Part shown: in pieces, positions 1-9,882 of the stretch
How positions within the stretch are numbered: position 1 is the stretch's first letter
How the letters are laid out: each line of letters begins with the position of its first letter
NCBI GenBank assembly: GCA_965227775.1
Contig: OZ245777.1
Span: forward strand, 2,208,001-2,272,000
Length of the DNA stretch: 64,000 nucleotides
Reading direction: 5' to 3'
Source of the DNA: Phycisphaerales bacterium
GTDB taxonomy: Bacteria > Planctomycetota > Phycisphaerae > Phycisphaerales > UBA1924
Notes under the pieces: generated by a model
Databases searched by the model: none
The model's input: the letters and a program-made list of their open reading frames with translations, nothing else
Told to the model about the DNA's origin: nothing
Translations under genes and position numbers: made by a program

Positions 1-88
1 AACGATCGGCATCGACGGCCGATTCGATCTCGTCGCGACCGATCTGCCGGCGACGCACGCGTCTGTTGTCTTGTGGAGTCTCGCTCAT
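1..88 (-). CDS. 5' part of a hypothetical protein running off the window edge (MSETPQDNRRVRRRQIGRDEIESAVDADR...)
   Basis: ATG at 88, 2 bp after the stop of the 91-876 gene; frame is open to base 1, consistent with an operon. Confidence 0.55.
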   Translation of the reverse strand, partial: MSETPQDNRRVRRRQIGRDEIESAVDADR

Positions 89-90
89 AG

Positions 91-876
91 TCACCACCGG
101 AGGATCTTCACCGACACCTTGTCGCGTTCGGCATTGGCCGGGATCATCGCGACACCCTCCGCCTCACGTTGCTGGGCGGCCGCCCGCTCTCCGGCCATCG
201 TGTCGGCGATCGACTGCTGCTCGAGCTCTCGGTCGGTGAGCTGCATGATCTCGAGCCGTGTCCGCGCAAGGATCAGCCCCGCGTCGGCGACCATGCACAA
301 GGCGACGAGGATCAGCACGCTGCTGATTGGCCAGAGGCCGTAGGGGGCCGGCAGCATGGTCCGTTCGACGATTAATGCGACCATCGCAACCACAAGGACG
401 AGGGCCGGTTCGCCGATCAGAGTCGCGGCCAGCCCCGGATTGCTGGTCCGTCCGAACAGACGCTGCCAGACCGGGGACAGCAGGGCATGCGGCCATCCGA
501 GGTCCTGCGAGTGGACGGGGCGCTTCGATCCCCGAAAGAACCGGACGATCGCAATGATCGCCTGGCACGCGATCGAGATGAAGACGAGGTTCTGGAAGAT
601 GGCCAGCGGCCCTGACCACTGCGTTTCGCGATACAGGGAGCACGCGAAGCTGAGGATGACCAACGCCAGCGGGTACCGCCAAAGCGCGACGGCGATGCCC
701 ACTCGCCATCGCATCAGACAGAGCGCCCAGGCCCCAGCGGACGCCGTGCCTAGCCGAAGGAGCGACACGATACCCTGCCCGAACATGAACACGGCCTTGC
801 CGGCCGAGTTGAGGGCCTGCGTGTTGGCCTGGATCTCCTTCAGCGATCCCATCACGCTGAATTCCTGGTCCTGCAT
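91..876 (-). CDS. Multi-pass membrane protein, hypothetical, co-transcribed with the coupling ATPase
   Basis: 261 aa ORF with several hydrophobic segments and a charged C-tail; AGGAG RBS upstream. Confidence 0.75.
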   Translation of the reverse strand: MQDQEFSVMGSLKEIQANTQALNSAGKAVFMFGQGIVSLLRLGTASAGAWALCLMRWRVGIAVALWRYPLALVILSFACSLYRETQWSGPLAIFQNLVFISIACQAIIAIVRFFRGSKRPVHSQDLGWPHALLSPVWQRLFGRTSNPGLAATLIGEPALVLVVAMVALIVERTMLPAPYGLWPISSVLILVALCMVADAGLILARTRLEIMQLTDRELEQQSIADTMAGERAAAQQREAEGVAMIPANAERDKVSVKILRW

Positions 877-927
877 CGATTGACTCCTGGAGTTGGTGTA
901 ATGAGACCTTGAGATTCGTGCGGCCGG

Positions 928-2403
928 CTACGGCCGGTACTGACTGAAGGCGACCTTGATCGATGGGCGGCCGGTGGCCTGCCACGTCCGACCCGAGACC
1001 GAGCAGAATGCCTCGGTATGCCAGCGGGTTGCCGGTCCGCCGCGAGCAAGCCGGAGCAGATCGATGGCCGGCACGTCGTCGTGCAGGTCGAGCGAGAAGT
1101 TGGCGTTGCGTCCGCCGGACGCGCTGCCCGGGCTCGCGCTGCCACCTTCGCGTTCGGACGTTCCATGGCTGACTCGGGCCTGCCAGGATTTGGCGAACAC
1201 CTCGCCGGCGTAGCGCAGCGTCTCGGGATCCGAGGTTGCGCCGAAGAACTTGACCGCCGGCAGGCCCAGGATCGCCTCGGCCGCGGCACGTGGATCCGAA
1301 CCACCCGAGCACGCGGCGCGGATGTTGCCCACGCACTGGGTCGCCAGCACCATGCAGCCCATGCGATCGCGTGCCGTCCGCATGAACGCCGGGTCGTCTT
1401 CTGGGTCAAGAAACTCCTGGAACTCGTCGGCGATGAGCACCATGGGTCGGGAAGCGCCGTCCATCGATCGCCGCAGGATGGCCCGTTGGATTGCGGTGAG
1501 CCAGATGCGTTGGATCGTGGCCCCAACGGCTCCAAAGACCTGCAAGGGCGCATCGAAGATGAGCACCGGCGATCGAGAGAAGCACTCATGCGGTCGCCAC
1601 GTGTCTGGCGCGCCGCACAGCGCCTCGCCGATGGGACCGCGGATAAGTGGATCGAGGGCCGACGAGATCGTCGCGACCGTCGACGCCCGCGTGCGATCGG
1701 GCGTGGTCGGAACGGTCCAGAGGAGAAACTGCGCCGCCGTCTCGAGATCGGCGTGTTCGATCGTCGAGAGCGTCCGGTCCTGCGCCGCCTCCAAGGCCCG
1801 AAACGCCGGACAACGCTCCTGCCAGGTCGGGTCGCCGACTTCGTCCTCGCTCGTCGGGAGTGTCTGGAGCGTTTCGTAAATCAGCCGATAGCTGAGCGGC
1901 AACTCGGCGATCACGAAGATCGTGACAAGGTGCCGCACATACCGCTCGGCGTCGGCCCGCCAGAAGCCATCGACTCCGGATCCGCCGGCGCCGCTCTGGC
2001 GTCGCAGCGGCAGCGTGACCAGGCGTGTGATGTCCTCGACGAGGCCGCCCCCGGCGTCGCTGCGGAACTGCTCGTACGCGAGCGGGTTGAACCGGTCCTG
2101 ACCGATGGCGACCCGCCGGACCGGCCGGCCCCAGCTCTGGGCGAGGGCCGTCCAATACGCCGGATCGCTCGGTTTGACCGAGACATGCACCAGCGAGCAC
2201 CCCAGCGCGTGAATCGAGCCCACCAGGTGGGCCAGCACGCCCGAGGTCTTGCCCGAGCCGCTATCACCCATCACCAACACACCCCCGCCCAAGATGTCGC
2301 GCACACTCAGTCCGTCTTTGCGGCGGTTGAAGGAGAGCATGGGTTGGTCGAGGTCGAAGCCGGGGCGTGGGGGCTCGGCTTTCTGGTGCCTACGCCAACG
2401 CAT
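928..2403 (-). CDS. VirD4/TraD-like type IV coupling protein family ATPase without an N-terminal TM anchor
   Basis: Walker A GDSGSGKT, Walker B LIADEFQEF, then ARDRMGCMVLATQ and AILGLPAVKFFGATSDPETLRYA, typical of the TraG-D C domain; start MRWRR chosen after GGGGGA. Confidence 0.75.
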   Translation of the reverse strand: MRWRRHQKAEPPRPGFDLDQPMLSFNRRKDGLSVRDILGGGVLVMGDSGSGKTSGVLAHLVGSIHALGCSLVHVSVKPSDPAYWTALAQSWGRPVRRVAIGQDRFNPLAYEQFRSDAGGGLVEDITRLVTLPLRRQSGAGGSGVDGFWRADAERYVRHLVTIFVIAELPLSYRLIYETLQTLPTSEDEVGDPTWQERCPAFRALEAAQDRTLSTIEHADLETAAQFLLWTVPTTPDRTRASTVATISSALDPLIRGPIGEALCGAPDTWRPHECFSRSPVLIFDAPLQVFGAVGATIQRIWLTAIQRAILRRSMDGASRPMVLIADEFQEFLDPEDDPAFMRTARDRMGCMVLATQCVGNIRAACSGGSDPRAAAEAILGLPAVKFFGATSDPETLRYAGEVFAKSWQARVSHGTSEREGGSASPGSASGGRNANFSLDLHDDVPAIDLLRLARGGPATRWHTEAFCSVSGRTWQATGRPSIKVAFSQYRP

Positions 2404-2442
2404 GCGTGGGTCCCCCTGTGGCCCGGAGGGAGAACAGGAGAT

Positions 2443-2476
2443 GGCCCGGCCGGGTGGGGGCACACCTGGCCGGGCC
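2443..2476. repeat. Inverted repeat (14-bp arms, 1 mismatch) upstream of the coupling ATPase
   Basis: GGCCCGGCCGGGTG-ggggca-CACCTGGCCGGGCC. Confidence 0.7.
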
Positions 2477-2694
2477 CCTGTAGGGCATCTGAAGCTGTGG
2501 AAGTTCGCAGGCCCGGGGCTGGAGCGACCGGATCGGGAGGCAACCCAAGGGAACCGGGCGCAGATCCAGAGCATCGTGTGGGATTGTCCTTGGTCTCAGC
2601 TTGTCCATGCTCGTCGTGCTCCTGGGGCTGTTGGGGCGAAGTGCGGGCGAACCAACTCGTGCGATGACGATCTTCGCGTGGCACTCGCCCCCGC

Positions 2695-2727
2695 AACCGG
2701 ACAGGAATGGGACAAGAACCGGACAAT
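2695..2727 (+). promoter_or_regulatory. Three tandem 11-bp direct repeats, candidate operator
   Basis: AACCGGACAGG / AATGGGACAAG / AACCGGACAAT; GGACA core at 2699, 2710, 2721; reverse copies TTGTCC at 2584 and 2601. Confidence 0.55.
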
Positions 2728-2742
2728 CGAGTGGCGAGACCC

Positions 2743-5031
2743 ATGCTCACGCGACCGGTACCCAACGGGGCTCGGTCGCGCGATGCGGCGATCGAGCCGA
2801 CGGCGAGCTATCCAGTCGATCCGGCACGGCTCAGGCACCTGCGCGGTCCACGCACGATGGCCGAGCTGGTCGCCGGCATCGCGGGCTTCTCCAGCGAGAA
2901 GTACCGCAAGATCGAGGCGGGCAAAACCCGGTCCATGGTCGGCACGGAGCTGCTCGCGCTTGCCCGCAAGCTCCGCGTGCCTGCCACGGCACTGCTCTCG
3001 CCGGACCATCCCGATCGCACCCCGATCTCCGGCAACGCCAAGCCGAGCGCGGCGCCGCCACCGCTAACGAGCGGTCAGTCGCGTGGAGCGGATCGAGTGA
3101 TCGATGGTCTGGCCGAAGGGGCCCGGGTCCAGACGCTGATCGGGCCACGCGGCGTGGGCAAGTCGACCCTGGCGATGCACGTGTTCGCCCGGTTGCACGG
3201 CCACCTTGGCACGCTGGTGCGATTCGTTCCCCTGCTCGATCAGTGCCAACCCTGGGAGCTCTGGCAAGCACTCGGGGCCGTCCAGAATGCCGATCCGGGC
3301 AGGACGCGGGCGGACCTGCTTGATCACATCCGCGACGACGTCCAGGTGCTGGTGCTCGACGTCGATGGCGTCCCGAGCACCCCGGCGATGGAGCAGATCG
3401 AGACGATTCTGGAGCAATGCGGCCATCTGAAGCTGATCGCGTTCGCCGAACGGCCCGTGGGACCGATCGGAGGGATCGTCGAGTCGATCGAGCCGGTCCG
3501 GTTCGATGCGGCATCGATCCAGGGTGCCGAAGACCTGGGTGCGAGCGATGCGTGGCAGCTCGTCGTCGACGAGTTGCCTCGGGAACGAGCCATGGCCCTC
3601 CTGTCGGGCACGCACTTGGTCCAGCTCATCACCGTGCTTGGAATGGGTGATGGCACGCCCCGGTGGTTCGTCGCCCTGGGCCGCGAGCTATGCGACCGGG
3701 ATCCGGGGGATCTGCTCGGACGCCTCCGCATGCACCAGCTGTCGTTCTCCGCCGACGAGGACAAAACCTGGGAGGGGCGTGTGCATCGCGCTGCCCAACT
3801 GCTCGCCCCGGACCACCTCGCGTGGCTGGCCATCCTGCCACAGCGGTTCGCGCTCGAAGACGTGTCCGGCCTGGGCGGCCTCACAAGCGCCGAGATCGAA
3901 CGGGTGCTCGAGGTCGCCGTCGATCACTGGATGATCGACCGGGTCGAAGAGCGATTCGTGATCACGCGAAGAGCCCAGCGGGCCTGCGTGCACCGTGACC
4001 TGGCGGCATACGTGTGCATGGTCGATGCGCTCATCGCGCGGCTGCCGCGCGTCGATAATCACGAGGCTCTCGCAGGCTTCGACGTGCACGACCACATGAC
4101 CGCCTTGCATCTAGCCGTGGAGCACGCGAGCAGCCGGCAGCTGCCCGAGCTCGCGACGAGGGTCATTGAGTTGCTCGTGCCGGCGTGCCTGCAGCCGACC
4201 CGCTGGCAGGACGTCAGCGCGATGGCCGCCACGCTAGAGCGGCGCCTCGCGGGCGTCGAGGAAATCTCGAGCGTCCCCCTCGCCCGGTGGGCCGCTACCG
4301 GCGCCCTGGTCACCGGCGAGCTTGATGCGGCGAAGTACTGGACCGATCGGTGCCTGACGCTGGCGACCAAGCAGGTGCACCGGGCTGCGGGCCTGAATCT
4401 CCGGGCCGCGTGTCGGCTCGGCGGTCCGTCGCTTACGAGACCGGTGCTGGAAGCAGCTCTTGAGGACTGGAGCGAAGCGAGGCGGCTCTACCAAGAGGTC
4501 GAAGATACGATCAGCGTCCAGAGCATGGATGCGAATATCGCCCATGTTCATGAGTCGCTCGGCGACCTTGTTCGTGCTCTCACGGCTACCAATGAGTGGT
4601 CGAAGATCGAGGGTGTGCTGCGAGTCCAAATGGGCACCGTGCGGGCCCGCGTCTTGCTACGCATGGGCCGATCGCACGATGCCCTGCGTGTCATCGAAGC
4701 GATCCGCGACGACGAGGCTCTCCTCAATCCGTTCTGCTCCATCGCCTTTTGCATCGTGCTCGCGTTTGCAGCACTTGATCGTGATGGGATTGCGATCCCC
4801 GGGTCCCGGCTGGAGGATCCGTCCACGCTCACGTCGATTCACGATTGCGCAATGGCGAACGAAGCACTCGCACACTCAAAGCTCATCGCGAAACTCGACG
4901 GCCTGGATCCTGGGATACTCGATCGCACAGACTGGGCGTGGATCGAGTCGGTTGTTGGCCCGGCAAAGCCCGAGAATTTCCATGGGCTCGCGCACATCAA
5001 AGGTGTCGCCGAGCAGGTTGTTACGGCGTAG
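2743..5031 (+). CDS. XRE-type HTH + P-loop (STAND/AfsR-like) ATPase + TPR-like regulator
   Basis: N-term RLRHLR...YRKIEAGK...LLALARKLRVPATALL (XRE HTH); Walker A GPRGVGKST; VLVLD Walker B; Ala/Leu-rich helical C-term; alternative start 2707. Confidence 0.75.
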   Translation: MLTRPVPNGARSRDAAIEPTASYPVDPARLRHLRGPRTMAELVAGIAGFSSEKYRKIEAGKTRSMVGTELLALARKLRVPATALLSPDHPDRTPISGNAKPSAAPPPLTSGQSRGADRVIDGLAEGARVQTLIGPRGVGKSTLAMHVFARLHGHLGTLVRFVPLLDQCQPWELWQALGAVQNADPGRTRADLLDHIRDDVQVLVLDVDGVPSTPAMEQIETILEQCGHLKLIAFAERPVGPIGGIVESIEPVRFDAASIQGAEDLGASDAWQLVVDELPRERAMALLSGTHLVQLITVLGMGDGTPRWFVALGRELCDRDPGDLLGRLRMHQLSFSADEDKTWEGRVHRAAQLLAPDHLAWLAILPQRFALEDVSGLGGLTSAEIERVLEVAVDHWMIDRVEERFVITRRAQRACVHRDLAAYVCMVDALIARLPRVDNHEALAGFDVHDHMTALHLAVEHASSRQLPELATRVIELLVPACLQPTRWQDVSAMAATLERRLAGVEEISSVPLARWAATGALVTGELDAAKYWTDRCLTLATKQVHRAAGLNLRAACRLGGPSLTRPVLEAALEDWSEARRLYQEVEDTISVQSMDANIAHVHESLGDLVRALTATNEWSKIEGVLRVQMGTVRARVLLRMGRSHDALRVIEAIRDDEALLNPFCSIAFCIVLAFAALDRDGIAIPGSRLEDPSTLTSIHDCAMANEALAHSKLIAKLDGLDPGILDRTDWAWIESVVGPAKPENFHGLAHIKGVAEQVVTA

Positions 5032-5102
5032 GCCTGAGTGCACGGTCGTGCGGCGGTCCAGTCGCCAACACTTTGGCGTGGTGAGCTGCTGACCAGCAGT
5101 GA

Positions 5103-6527
5103 CTATCGCAAGGGCCGTTGATCTTCATCGATGTGGCTTGGTGCTCTTGGAGATATGTGGACTACAACGCCATCGATGTTGAGAGCAAGGCGGCCTTCCG
5201 GATCACGGTTGTAGTCGGCTGCGCTGCCACGAGTGTACAGCCCGGCCCCCATTTCCCCAGGAACGGTAACGCGGATTGGTGGAGCGGCCCGCTCGGCCCT
5301 GAACACCGCGGTCTCTGCTCCGACCGTTAGCGAACCCACCTCAAGGATGGAAACGACTCCGCCCACGGTTAGCCGCGCTTCCGCCGTTTCGCCGGGTTCA
5401 AGCGTCACAGACCGTGTTCCGACGAGGATGGTGGCGGTTTCCTGGCTTCCGTTGAATAGTGCAACATCTTCGCCGAAAACTGTCGCCTGTGCGCCGGACC
5501 CCATGGTGATCGTGGGGTCTGTGGAGATTGCCTCAATCACACTACGCAAGGAGCGCACCGCCGACGCCATGCTGGCGTAGTCCAGCGACTCTGCAGTGTC
5601 TGCCGGACCGTGATAATTCGGGTTTCGAAACTCGGCGGTGTCGGTGAGCATGACTGCAGGCACGCCGATCTGCAAGTATGCGTAGTGGTCCGAGCGAACC
5701 GTCGTTGGTTCGCCCACTGGCGTAAGCACCGACACGACGTCAACGGGCCCTCGCCATGACTCTGAGATCCGCTCTGCGAGCCCCGACGCCGTACTCCAGC
5801 TTGCGACGGCAAGAAATCGGTTATTGCGTGGCAGGGACACTCCGAGTTGTCCAGCGAAAGCTCTGGCCGTTCGGGATGGTGGACTATCGTTGTAATAGCC
5901 GATCATCTCCAGGATGATCGCGCCCACAACGTCGTCGCCAGCATCGACGGAAGCCTGGGCACGCCGTGCACTCCCTCGCTGATTGAGATCGCCGAATAGC
6001 GTCTCCTCGTTCGCGTAGAGCTCGAAACGCAGCCCGATCCGTTGTGGTCGTGTACGAAACCAGTCAGCGAGGGCCAGGACCCCGGCGACGCCTGATGCGT
6101 TGTCGTCTGCTCCGGGCGTGTTTTCTACGGTGTCAAAGTGTGCGCCAATGACGAGCCAGCGGTCATTGCTCTCAATTGCTGGAACCTCGACAACGAGGTT
6201 GCGGACTGGCACTGATGGTCCACTACTGTGACTCAGCTCAAATGCATCGCTTAGAACGTCATGACCCATAGAAGTCAGACGTGACTCCAGCCAAGTTGCC
6301 GCCGCTTCGAGAACTTCCGGCGATCGCACGCTTCGAGAAGCAAAGTCACTGGCAAGAGTTTCTACACTCTCCCGCAAATCACTCTCCAGGCTTGCCTCCC
6401 ACTCTGCCAATTCTGGACTCGTGGTCGACCGCCTCTGGCTGGTAGCACACCCCGTGAGCGCCAGAGCTAAGAGGCCGAGCATGATCGACGAACACAAGCC
6501 ATGTCTCTTTAGAGTCCCTCGTGGCAT
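5103..6527 (-). CDS. M28 family metallopeptidase, lipoprotein, with extra C-terminal beta domain
   Basis: Lipobox LTGC; GAHFDT, PGADDNASG, ANEE, LEMIG, SDH and YH motifs. Confidence 0.85.
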   Translation of the reverse strand: MPRGTLKRHGLCSSIMLGLLALALTGCATSQRRSTTSPELAEWEASLESDLRESVETLASDFASRSVRSPEVLEAAATWLESRLTSMGHDVLSDAFELSHSSGPSVPVRNLVVEVPAIESNDRWLVIGAHFDTVENTPGADDNASGVAGVLALADWFRTRPQRIGLRFELYANEETLFGDLNQRGSARRAQASVDAGDDVVGAIILEMIGYYNDSPPSRTARAFAGQLGVSLPRNNRFLAVASWSTASGLAERISESWRGPVDVVSVLTPVGEPTTVRSDHYAYLQIGVPAVMLTDTAEFRNPNYHGPADTAESLDYASMASAVRSLRSVIEAISTDPTITMGSGAQATVFGEDVALFNGSQETATILVGTRSVTLEPGETAEARLTVGGVVSILEVGSLTVGAETAVFRAERAAPPIRVTVPGEMGAGLYTRGSAADYNRDPEGRLALNIDGVVVHISPRAPSHIDEDQRPLR

Positions 6528-6955
6528 GCTCTACTCCTTAGTCGTCACCCGTCAAGCGGCAATGCTACGTCCATACGCCCGCGGAGAGATTGCGACACGT
6601 CGGCGTTGAGTGATCCCGTCGAGAAACCTGCCGCCCACCCCAGGGACCAAACCGATCTGAGGCCAAGTACCCTGCGCATGAGGCGACCCACTTCGACCAC
6701 ATGGCCAAATCGGGAGTCTGCAAGTTCGGTCGGTTACCCCTTGTGATCAGAACTCTTCGGCCCTGCGAAAGTCGAGGTTGTCCAAGTGCTCAGGTACATG
6801 CCTCACGGTACACGGACTAATGCGGCGTCCTGTGATAGTCGTTAGACCTGATTTTGGGGTCGCCGGCTTGCTGAGCCCAAAATCGCAGATGACTCCTTGG
6901 CAAACCGGTGCAACCACGCTGCCTTTCGCTTGTATCCCGATGGGAGGCACTACTC

Positions 6956-9502
6956 ATGATCCGCCAGATGCTCCGATTTGCGTTGTGTGTTGTGATTGGC
7001 GTCGCTGTGACACGGGGGGCTCTTGGTCAGGCGTGCGATGCCGAGTGGACCCCCGAGCTCTTCACGCTCGAAGGTCTCGACGAGCGCGTGACATGCTGGG
7101 CAACCTGGGACGACGGGACCGGAGAACGCCTCTATGCGGGCGGCTGGTTCCGCAAGGCCGGATCGGGATTCGCGAGCTACGTCGCGAGCTGGGATGGCAC
7201 GCGCTGGCATCCCGTTGGAGAGTCCGGCCTGAGGGGCCCCGGGGTCGACCGTATCGTCCATGCCATGGCGGTGTTTGACGATGGCTCGGGCCCGGCCCTG
7301 TACGTGGGCGGTGGCTTCAACTTCGCCGGCTCTGCTCGAGCGGAGAACATCGCGCGTTGGGATGGTGAACGCTGGTCAGCGCTCGTCGGACCGGGCGGCG
7401 AAGGTCTCGACGGCGATGTGTACGCCTTGGCGGTACACAACGATGGGACGGGGCCGGCCTTGTACGCGGGCGGCACGTTCAGACAGGCCGACGGCGTCGA
7501 GGTGAACAACATCGCGCGTTGGGATGGCCATAGATGGACGCCATTGGGGTCGGGGAGCTTGGCCGGGACGACGAGCCAGGTCCTCGCGATCGAGTCGTTC
7601 GGCGGTGACCTCTACATTGGTGGCGCTTTTGCCGAGGCTGGCGGCGTGTTCGTCAACCAGATCGCCCGCTGGGACGGCGCTCGGTGGTCGGCCCTGCCCG
7701 GCCAGGTTGGTGGCGGGGGCACCCAGGTCGGCCTGAATTCACGTGTGAATGGCCTGGCAGTCTTCGATGACGGGCGTGGCCAGGCGCTCTACGCGGTGGG
7801 GCGCTTCGATCGCGTCGAAGGTGGGCCCGACGCTCGGAGTGTCGCTCGATGGGATGGAACTCGGTGGGAAGCCGTGGGTGCCGATGGCAGCATCTCTGGT
7901 GCCATCCAGACCGCACGCGTGTTCGATGATGGCACGGGCCCGGCCCTCTATGTCGGCGGATCCGAGATCATGGTTGCGAGCGAGTTCCGGGTCATGGGCC
8001 GGTGGGACGGCAATGCATGGTCGGTGGTTCGCGGAATCGATGGCAATGACATCGACCGGACCGTTTACGCCCTTGGTGAGTACGACGATGGCTCGGGTTC
8101 GGCCCTATACGCTGGGGGCGACTTCCAGCGCGTCGCCGACACCCGTGCGCTGTTTGCGGCACGGTGGTCCGCTGTCGATGGCTGGGGTGAGCTGTCGCCT
8201 CCGACCGGCCTGGGCTACCTATTTGATGTGACTAAGCTGTTCGTATTCGACGACGGCGACGGTGAGGCGCTGTATGCGTCGAGCCGCACGATAGACCCAG
8301 AAGGACTGTTTGCCAGCCCGATCTCGCGTTGGACGGGCGCTGGCTGGGAAGAGCTTTCGAGCGATGACGGACTGCGAAACCTCTCGCCCGCGGCGTTGAC
8401 CGTCTTTGACGACGGCTTGCGAGTGAGCTTGTACGCGGGCGGTGACTTCCGAGACCCGTCCGTTCCTGGCCGTGGTGGTCGGCTGGCGCGATGGACCGGA
8501 GAGCGGTGGATCCCCATGATCGGCCCGGGCGGAGACGGCCTGAGCTCCGGAACAGTCCTTGCTGCAGATACCTACAACGATGGCGCTGGTGACGCGATCT
8601 ACATAGGCGGGACCTTTCTCGAGGCTGATGACCAAGAAGTCAACCGTATCGCGCGATGGGACGGCACCGCGTATTCCGGCCTCGGCGATCCTGACAACAT
8701 GGGCGTCAATGATCGTGTTCTTGCCCTGGCGGTGTGGGACGACGGAAGCGGCGAAGCGTTGTACGTGGGCGGCGAGTTTACGCTCGCCGGCCTAGACCCA
8801 GTCTCCGGCGTCGCGAGATGGGACGGCCAAAACTGGTCTGCCTTGGCCGGCCCCGGAGGTGAAGGCGTCGACGGCTCGGTGCATGCGTTTGCGATACACG
8901 ACGATGGCACCGGTGCGGCCTTGTATGTCGGCGGCGAATTCGAGAGCGCAGGCGGCGTTCTCGCCAACAACATTGCACGTTGGGACGGGTCCCGTTGGTC
9001 TGCGATCGAAGTGACGATCGGTACTGTGGTCGAGGTAGGCGTGAACGGTACGGTGCACGCGTTATTGTCTCGAATTGACGATGGCGAGCCCGGGCTCTAC
9101 GTGGGAGGTCGGTTCACTATGGCAGGCCCCCTGCCGGCGCAATTTGTCGCGCGACTTGGTGATGGCCCATCGTGGCGAAGACTGAGCGGCCCCGACGGAG
9201 ACGGTACAGATCAGCGGGTCGAATCGCTCGCGACTGTCAACGAAGCCACCGGTGCCGCTCTCTACGCGGGAGGCCCGTTTATCTCTGCCGGCGGCGTTCT
9301 CTCACAGTCCATCGCGCGATGGGGATGCCAAGGCTGCCAAGCCGACTTCGATGGTGACGGCTCACTGACCATCTTCGATTTCCTCGCATTTCAGACCGCC
9401 TTCGACGCGATGGACGCGCGTGCCGACTTCGACCACGATGGTCGATTCACGATCTTCGACTTCCTCGCGTTTCAAACGGCGTTCGGTGCAGGTTGCCCTT
9501 AG
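6956..9502 (+). CDS. Secreted beta-propeller repeat protein with C-terminal GC-type dockerin-like domain
   Basis: GGAGG RBS, signal peptide, many DDGxGxALYxGG...IARWDG repeats, C-term CQADFDGDGSLTIFDFLAFQ...GAGCP. Confidence 0.85.
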   Translation: MIRQMLRFALCVVIGVAVTRGALGQACDAEWTPELFTLEGLDERVTCWATWDDGTGERLYAGGWFRKAGSGFASYVASWDGTRWHPVGESGLRGPGVDRIVHAMAVFDDGSGPALYVGGGFNFAGSARAENIARWDGERWSALVGPGGEGLDGDVYALAVHNDGTGPALYAGGTFRQADGVEVNNIARWDGHRWTPLGSGSLAGTTSQVLAIESFGGDLYIGGAFAEAGGVFVNQIARWDGARWSALPGQVGGGGTQVGLNSRVNGLAVFDDGRGQALYAVGRFDRVEGGPDARSVARWDGTRWEAVGADGSISGAIQTARVFDDGTGPALYVGGSEIMVASEFRVMGRWDGNAWSVVRGIDGNDIDRTVYALGEYDDGSGSALYAGGDFQRVADTRALFAARWSAVDGWGELSPPTGLGYLFDVTKLFVFDDGDGEALYASSRTIDPEGLFASPISRWTGAGWEELSSDDGLRNLSPAALTVFDDGLRVSLYAGGDFRDPSVPGRGGRLARWTGERWIPMIGPGGDGLSSGTVLAADTYNDGAGDAIYIGGTFLEADDQEVNRIARWDGTAYSGLGDPDNMGVNDRVLALAVWDDGSGEALYVGGEFTLAGLDPVSGVARWDGQNWSALAGPGGEGVDGSVHAFAIHDDGTGAALYVGGEFESAGGVLANNIARWDGSRWSAIEVTIGTVVEVGVNGTVHALLSRIDDGEPGLYVGGRFTMAGPLPAQFVARLGDGPSWRRLSGPDGDGTDQRVESLATVNEATGAALYAGGPFISAGGVLSQSIARWGCQGCQADFDGDGSLTIFDFLAFQTAFDAMDARADFDHDGRFTIFDFLAFQTAFGAGCP

Positions 9503-9574
9503 CTGGGCACCGAATTCAAACACCGCATGGAGCATGTTTGGAAGTCGTTGTTTGGGGCATTGCTCGAAAGAGTC

Positions 9575-9724
9575 AACCTCCTGCACTTGCTTACAAATAC
9601 TTAACGTTTGGCGGTCAATTTTGACGACCGGAAGCTCACCCATCTGCGTGAACGCTCTTTGTAGTCCCGAGCGTGCTGGAGATCCCTCGAGAAGACGCGC
9701 CATCTCCGGGACAGAAAAACTTTG
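9575..9724 (-). pseudogene. Degenerate excisionase / HTH_17-like DNA-binding remnant (boundaries approximate)
   Basis: FSVPEMARLLEG...QMGELPVVKIDRQTL resembles the Xis-like pattern xSVxEAAxLLG...GELPxVKIGRR; stop just upstream, no proper start, frame runs antisense into the dockerin gene. Confidence 0.45.
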
Positions 9725-9828
9725 TCCCTAGGCCACTGAGTTGGGCTATCCGGTCACGACGGACCTGACAGATGAAGTGCCCAGTGGGACGGCGTAGCAA
9801 CGCTGACCAACGCAGCAGAGAGTCGACT

Positions 9829-9882
9829 GGAACTCACCCCGAGGTTTGAAAACGCCCGTCTTGGGAACTCACTTGGAACTCA
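9829..9882. repeat. Three GGAACTCA direct repeats, candidate integrase arm-type sites
   Basis: GGAACTCA at 9829, 9864 and 9875, about 65-120 bp beyond the tRNA 3' end. Confidence 0.5.

Noticed and set aside
1018..2667. 549-aa plus-strand ORF
   Set aside because: Antisense shadow of the VirD4-like gene, Arg-rich with no motifs
6898..6913. Sigma54-like TGGCAAACCGGTGCAA upstream of the 6956 gene
   Set aside because: GG-to-GC spacing is 9, not the required 10
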